Assembly: GCA_039793395.1 (NCBI GenBank)
Contig: JBAMLV010000018.1
Coordinates: 9,993 to 73,992 of the forward strand
Direction: 5' to 3'
DNA from: a bacterium
GTDB lineage: Bacteria > Hydrothermota > Tepidihabitantia > Tepidihabitantales > Tepidihabitantaceae
DNA length: 64,000 bases
Positions within the stretch are counted from its first letter, which is position 1. The number at the start of each line of letters is the position of its first letter. Shown here in pieces: positions 59,512 to 64,000 of this stretch. The position numbers and the translations under genes are program-made. The notes beneath the pieces are model-generated. The model was not told the DNA's origin and made no database searches. It saw only the letters and a program-made list of their open reading frames with translations.

Positions 59512-59753
59512 CTATCTGCTGACGATCAGTTTGCTGATCACTCCTTTTGGCTGGTGAAGGAAATATATGCCCGGACTCAGGTGAGTGAGGTTGTTAAGTC
59601 CGGGTTTAAGGTGACCAGCATCCGTTTTGCCGGACCACAAAGCTGCCAGTCATAGGTGGTGCCGCCGATGGTGTCAATTCTGCCGACATAAATTGAGTCC
59701 AGGGCAAGGAGCGGTGTGATACCGAGCAGGGCAGTTAAAAAAATCCGGCACAT
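59512..59753 (-). pseudogene. Remnant of a T9SS-cargo gene (58-codon signal-peptide ORF fused out of frame to the last 42 or so codons of a T9SS sorting domain)
   Basis: Hand translation, frame 1 (59753-59577): MCRIFLTALLGITPLLALDSIYVGRIDTIGGTTYDWQLCGPAKRMLVTLNPDLTTSLT*. The shifted frame continues LAALWSGKTDAGHLKPGLNNLTHLSPGIYFLHQPKGVISKLIVSR* and stops at 59512-59514. Confidence 0.55.
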
Positions 59754-59771
59754 AACACCTCCTTACGGTTT

Positions 59772-59800
59772 ATTTTATTTACGATTATCGGTTTTGTCAA
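59772..59800 (-). promoter_or_regulatory. Near-consensus sigma70-type promoter upstream of the remnant ORF and MFS gene
   Basis: On the minus strand: TTGACA (59800-59795), a 17-nt spacer, then TAAAAT (59777-59772). SD AAGGAGGTG lies 4 nt before ATG 59753. Confidence 0.5.
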
Positions 59801-59811
59801 GAAATGGTTTT

Positions 59812-60642
59812 TCAGTTGAGAGGGACAAACTGCCAGTAAAGGGTGTCGGGCAGGCAGGTGAAAAGCAGAAAGCCGGGTTGACCGAAGTCAAGGGCACGGC
59901 TGATCGTGCCGACCGTGAAATGGTTGACACCGCCAATCCGGTAGTGCCGGAACCCGTGGATGTGGCCCGAGATAAGGGCAAAAACATTGAACCGCTGCAT
60001 CAGGGACTGGAGTTTTGCCCGTTCCGCGGCTGAGCCGAGCCGGAAGATGGATGGGGTCTGGTCATCATAAAGGGGGAAGTGGGTGATGATAATCTGGCGT
60101 GCGGGCGGACGGGCAAGCTCCTGTTTTAGCCACTCAAACTGGCGGGCACCGAGTCTGCCTTCCCCGGTGTCCAGGAAGATGAGTTTGAGTCCGGGGCGGG
60201 TGAGTACCAGCGAATAGCAGGCAGGTCCGAATCGCTCCTTGTAAAGTTCCCAGCTGTTCAGACGATAGAGGTCGTGGTTGCCGATGGTGACATAATAGTT
60301 GATGCCGGTCTGCCGGAGCAGGGCGGCAACCGAGTCAAATTCAGCCACGGTGCCGTGTTCGGTCAGGTCACCGGCAACGCAGAAGAGGCTGATGTCCAGG
60401 GTGTCAATTGCCGCAGAGAACTGCTGCCACCAGCAGCCAACAGGTTTGCCGATGTGGATGTCACCGAAGGCCGCAAATCGGAGGGTGTCGGCACCGGGCA
60501 GGGGAGGCGGCGGTGGCAGCGCCAGGCTTTCTTCCACCCGCTGCTCCACATCCGGATGGAGCAGAACCACCAGCGGGTCAAGTTCACAGCTGGCAGTGAG
60601 CAGGATGAGGAGGAGAAATCGGCGCCCCAATTTATTTGCCAT
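59812..60642 (-). CDS. Calcineurin-like metallophosphoesterase, secreted
   Basis: Signal peptide, then FAAFGDIHIG, VAGDLTEHG, GNHD and ISGHIHG motifs. Confidence 0.85.
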   Translation of the reverse strand: MANKLGRRFLLLILLTASCELDPLVVLLHPDVEQRVEESLALPPPPPLPGADTLRFAAFGDIHIGKPVGCWWQQFSAAIDTLDISLFCVAGDLTEHGTVAEFDSVAALLRQTGINYYVTIGNHDLYRLNSWELYKERFGPACYSLVLTRPGLKLIFLDTGEGRLGARQFEWLKQELARPPARQIIITHFPLYDDQTPSIFRLGSAAERAKLQSLMQRFNVFALISGHIHGFRHYRIGGVNHFTVGTISRALDFGQPGFLLFTCLPDTLYWQFVPLN

Positions 60643-61297
60643 AGCGGACCCCGATTTCCATTTTCAGGTTGGTGAGGCTGAGCAAGCCCGTGGACAGGCC
60701 GTTGGATCCGACCTGACACCGGCTGATGATTTTCCAGTCGGGGGTGAAACGGTAAGCGGTGCTGATCGCACCCGGCAACTGCTGGGGGTTTTTGATTTCC
60801 AGGCGGTCATAGTTACTCAGTTCTGCATTGACGGTCAACCGGTTGGAGTTCAGCAGTTGCCAGGCGAGGTGATAGAGCAGGTTCCACTCCGGGAAAAGGG
60901 GCTGGCGGCGCTGTCCAGCAGTAAAAAATGGCAGGCGCCGGCACACTCCGAGTCCGAGCGTCAGTTGACGGATGGGGCGGCAGCGGAGAAGAAAAAACAG
61001 GCGGTCTTCGGCGCTCTGCCAGTCGTTCCATTGCTGGTGCTGGAACCCAAGGTCCAGTTTCCAGCCAGGAAGACGGGGATGGGTCAGTCCGGGGCGGAAC
61101 GCCGCGCCGCTTAATCCGGAGTGCGGTAGCAGGCTGAAGCTGACTGCGGCATCAAAGGACACAAAGGGATTGATGCCGGCAAGGACACCGGCAGTGAAAA
61201 GCCCCCGTGCCTCCACTCCGGCTTCTCCCTGATAGGCAATGCTCAGGTCCGGAGAAAGGGTCAGTGCCGGGAGCAGAAGCAGAAATAGGGCGGGCAC
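60632..61297 (-). CDS. Hypothetical outer-membrane beta-barrel-like protein
   Basis: Signal-like N-terminus MPALFLLLLPALT, alternating-hydrophobicity strands, and an aromatic-rich C-terminal end (MEIGVRYGK). 11-nt overlap with the phosphoesterase gene. Confidence 0.4.
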   Translation of the reverse strand: MPALFLLLLPALTLSPDLSIAYQGEAGVEARGLFTAGVLAGINPFVSFDAAVSFSLLPHSGLSGAAFRPGLTHPRLPGWKLDLGFQHQQWNDWQSAEDRLFFLLRCRPIRQLTLGLGVCRRLPFFTAGQRRQPLFPEWNLLYHLAWQLLNSNRLTVNAELSNYDRLEIKNPQQLPGAISTAYRFTPDWKIISRCQVGSNGLSTGLLSLTNLKMEIGVRYGK

Positions 61298-61390
61298 ATT
61301 GAAAATTATCGTCTGGCAGTTCAGAAGTCAAATTCTGCTTGACAGAAATGAAAAAACGGCTTATAATTGGTTACCGAAAAAGGAGGTTTT

Positions 61391-63706
61391 ATGGCACGGG
61401 TCGGTTTGTGCCTGCTCGTTATTGCCACGGCGGTTAGTGCCCAGTGGCTGGAAACAATAGTCTATCTGCCGGATACGCTGAACGAAACTGCGGAACCGAT
61501 GCGGATCTTCTACAATCCGGGTAATAACAACCTTTTCATTTTTGGCAGCGGGCGCACGGTGCTGGTGCTGGACGGGGTCACCGGACGGAAAATTGCCCGG
61601 GTGGAACTGCCGGGTTCATATTCTGATTTCTGTTACAATCCACGGGAAAACCGGATTTATCTGGCAGGTGAGTATATTACCGTAATTGATGCGGCGGGCT
61701 GCCGGGTTGCCGGCGTTATTAACCCGGGTTTTACTACCAATGACATCTGCTATAATCCGGAACTCAACCGGGTTTATGCGGTTGGCGGTATGCTGGTGGT
61801 GGTGGTTGATGCCGGGGCGGACAGTATTATCGGCACCATCAGCCTGCCCTGGAGTTCGTCGGCAATTGAGTGTGCCACCCGGGTAAACAAGGTTTACTGC
61901 GCGCTGGATAATGAGGATGTGGTGGTGATTGACTGCCAACGGGACAGTGTGATTGCCCGATTTTATTCCGGTGCCGGACCGTATGCGATGCTCTATAATC
62001 ATCTGACCAATCGGCTTTATATCGCCGAGGGATATGACGAGGACATCACCGTGGTTGACTGTGACCGGGACACGGTGGTGCGCTGGCTGGTTGCCGGGTA
62101 TGAGCCGCGGTTGATGTGTCTGAATCCGGTGAGTAATAAGTTTTACTGTGCGGACTGGTATAATAACTGGTTCGGGATTTACGATGCCGGGGCGGATACG
62201 CTGATTCGCTGGATTTTGCTCGGGACCAGGGGGCAGCGTGGTCTGGTGTTTGATTCCATTGACAATCTAATTTATGTATCGCTTTACGAAGATGACAGTC
62301 TGGTGGTGATTGATGGTGTGAGCGATGAACTGCTCCGGACGGTGCCGGTTCCGGGGTATCGCCCCTGGGGTCTGGCTTACAATCCGCGGGCCCAGCGAGT
62401 TTACTGTGCCGAGTATGGCAGTCAGAGCGTTTCGATCTATGATGCGCCGACCAGTGCGCTTGTTGGTTTCCTACCGATGGAACGGTTTCAGCCGCAACTG
62501 CTGACCCGGATTGCCAGCAATGAGCGGATTTACTGCGCCAGCCCAGGTGCGCGCTTCATTATTCCGCTGGAGGGCGCAAGCTGCCGACTCCGGGCACCGG
62601 TTTTTCTGCCGGCAGCGTTGGACCGAATGCTGTATGCGGATGGGGTTAACCGCGTCTATTGCAGTTCGGTTGACAGTTCAATAACCGTGGTTGACTGCGC
62701 TACGGAGCGGGTGCGCGGGGTGGTCCGGATGCCTTTTCCGCCGGTGGCAGCGGTTTATGCCCCGGATGTCAACCGGATTTATCTGCAGGGACCGGTTGCT
62801 ACCGAATCAACAATCGTGGTTTTTGACTGTCTGAACGATTCCGTCAGCGGTTATATCTATACCAGACCCGGTCCGCAGGTGCTGAGTTATATTCCGGCGC
62901 AGCACCTGCTTTACTTTACCGAGGCCGGTTCGGGAATACTGACTGCCTATGATGTGGTTGAGCAGCAGCGTATTGCCGAAATCAGCCTGCCCGGGGAGAT
63001 CGGCCAGGTGTGTCATCTGCCGGCTTTTAATCTGCTGGCGGTGAGTTTCAATGGCGACCCGCGCCTGTATTTTATTGACTGTTCCACCCATACGGTCCAG
63101 GACTCACTTTATGTTTCGGGTATTGCCGCCAGTATGCTGTATAATCCGGTCAACAACCGGCTTTACATTCTGACCTTTGCTGATACCCTGCTGGTGGTTG
63201 CGCCGGAACTGTCCGCGGTGGTTGATACGGTGGTACCGGCTCTGCGCAGTCCCTGGATGGTGGCGCTGGATACGATTGCGAATAAACTTTATCTTGCGAG
63301 TGCTTACCAGGTGCAGGTGATTAATTGTCAGACCAACCAGCCCGGGGATGTGATACGATTGCCGGCTATGGTCGGAACAGGGGTCTGGAGTCCCGGGACC
63401 CGGCGCCTGTTTGTTACCCTGCCTTCCAGGCTGGCGCTGGCGGTTATCCGGGACAGCGCGGTGGTCGGCACGGCTGAAGAGCAGGTGGGGGCAGAGGGGC
63501 TAAAGGCGGTGCCGACCGTTGTCCGCGGGGTGCTGAATCTTAATCCGGAACTGGCACCGGTGCTGCTGATGGATGTTTCGGGTCGGTGCCGGCTGGTGCT
63601 CAAGTCCGGGATGAACGATTTGCGCTCAGTTGCGCCCGGGGTGTATTTTATCATCAGCAGGCAGGACAAAAGGAGCGGCATCAGGAAACTGATTATCGCC
63701 CGGTAA
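61391..63706 (+). CDS. YVTN-type beta-propeller repeat protein with T9SS C-terminal sorting domain
   Basis: Start moved to MARVGLCLLVIATAVSA (AGGAGG SD). About 40-aa repeats N.(I/V)Y(L/C/V)A......V.V(I/V)D......V occur more than 10 times. The C-terminus is SVAPGVYFIISRQDKRSGIRKLIIAR. Confidence 0.8.
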   Translation: MARVGLCLLVIATAVSAQWLETIVYLPDTLNETAEPMRIFYNPGNNNLFIFGSGRTVLVLDGVTGRKIARVELPGSYSDFCYNPRENRIYLAGEYITVIDAAGCRVAGVINPGFTTNDICYNPELNRVYAVGGMLVVVVDAGADSIIGTISLPWSSSAIECATRVNKVYCALDNEDVVVIDCQRDSVIARFYSGAGPYAMLYNHLTNRLYIAEGYDEDITVVDCDRDTVVRWLVAGYEPRLMCLNPVSNKFYCADWYNNWFGIYDAGADTLIRWILLGTRGQRGLVFDSIDNLIYVSLYEDDSLVVIDGVSDELLRTVPVPGYRPWGLAYNPRAQRVYCAEYGSQSVSIYDAPTSALVGFLPMERFQPQLLTRIASNERIYCASPGARFIIPLEGASCRLRAPVFLPAALDRMLYADGVNRVYCSSVDSSITVVDCATERVRGVVRMPFPPVAAVYAPDVNRIYLQGPVATESTIVVFDCLNDSVSGYIYTRPGPQVLSYIPAQHLLYFTEAGSGILTAYDVVEQQRIAEISLPGEIGQVCHLPAFNLLAVSFNGDPRLYFIDCSTHTVQDSLYVSGIAASMLYNPVNNRLYILTFADTLLVVAPELSAVVDTVVPALRSPWMVALDTIANKLYLASAYQVQVINCQTNQPGDVIRLPAMVGTGVWSPGTRRLFVTLPSRLALAVIRDSAVVGTAEEQVGAEGLKAVPTVVRGVLNLNPELAPVLLMDVSGRCRLVLKSGMNDLRSVAPGVYFIISRQDKRSGIRKLIIAR

Positions 63707-63808
63707 AGCGGTTTTTTCCGTTCTGTAAACTTGACTTTACGCAAGCGGGGAGTATTTTTTTGAAAAGCCGGGAACGGGCGGTTTTCCGGCTATCAAAAGG
63801 AGTAACCG

Positions 63809-64000
63809 GTGACGGACAGCTTGCGGTTTTTTATTGAACGGTTTGAGGAACTGCGGAAGCAGCCGCCAGAGCCGGGCAGGTATTATCAGCCCCGTGCCTA
63901 CCGGAATGCTGCGGTGCGGTTCCGGGCACACACCGCTCATAACTGCGAACAGGCAAAGAATTTCTTTAACCTCAGCGCCTGTCCGCTCCATTCGGTTTCG
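63809..64000 (+). CDS. Partial CDS (N-terminus only), function uncertain; faint resemblance to the PolX-family 8-kDa/HhH N-terminus
   Basis: Not in the ORF track because it is open-ended. GTG is preceded by AAAGGAG. Translation is VTDSLRFFIERFEELRKQPPEPGRYYQPRAYRNAAVRF..., 64 codons with no stop to the window edge. Confidence 0.3.
   Translation, partial: MTDSLRFFIERFEELRKQPPEPGRYYQPRAYRNAAVRFRAHTAHNCEQAKNFFNLSACPLHSVS

Noticed and set aside
63737-63991. An 84-aa minus-strand ORF at the window end.
   Set aside because: It has no SD, odd composition and no motif. The plus-strand frame from GTG 63809, with an AAGGAG SD, is open to the window edge and looks more protein-like. Neither is strongly supported.

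Overview
This is a chromosomal, mostly housekeeping window from a moderately GC-rich bacterium. It holds a 23S-5S rRNA pair with its own consensus promoter and flanking processing stem, but no 16S rRNA. There are three tRNAs: Ala-CGC, Gln-UUG and Ser-GGA. A co-directional minus-strand block of about 17.6 kb (37800 down to 20194) carries an alpha/beta hydrolase, ispE, tRNA-Gln, prs, ctc, pth, ychF, rpsF, ssb, rplM, rpsI, rpsB, tsf, pyrH, frr, uppS, cdsA, an MBL hydrolase, a lipoprotein, a GT39/TPR protein, a PP-loop ATPase and NifU. A plus-strand block carries a heterodimeric ABC exporter, trpS, ispD, dxr, rseP and a radical-SAM-like gene. Metal genes (a CDF exporter and CopA) are also present. 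Four intact secreted proteins and one remnant end in a T9SS-type C-terminal sorting domain. That domain suggests an uncultured FCB-superphylum-like lineage, which is inference only. I saw no CRISPR array, transposase, integrase, phage genes or recognisable defence module, and I cannot point to a clear new multi-gene system. The most unusual signals I could read directly are these. (1) A REP/MITE-like repeat family (TTTCTGTCATT[G/C]CGAG...GAAG[C/G]AATC) has six units clustered at 14.5 kb and two more units sitting in frame inside the hydrolase CDS at 37.0 kb. (2) A decayed T9SS-cargo gene keeps a consensus promoter, SD and signal peptide just upstream of an MFS gene. (3) A structured leader of about 200 nt follows a near-perfect promoter at 42.35 kb. 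(4) A short GC palindrome, TGACCCCGGGGGT, recurs. (5) A B12/radical-SAM-like gene with a non-canonical cysteine motif is translationally coupled to dxr-rseP. Coordinates derived by hand counting may be off by 1-2 nt.
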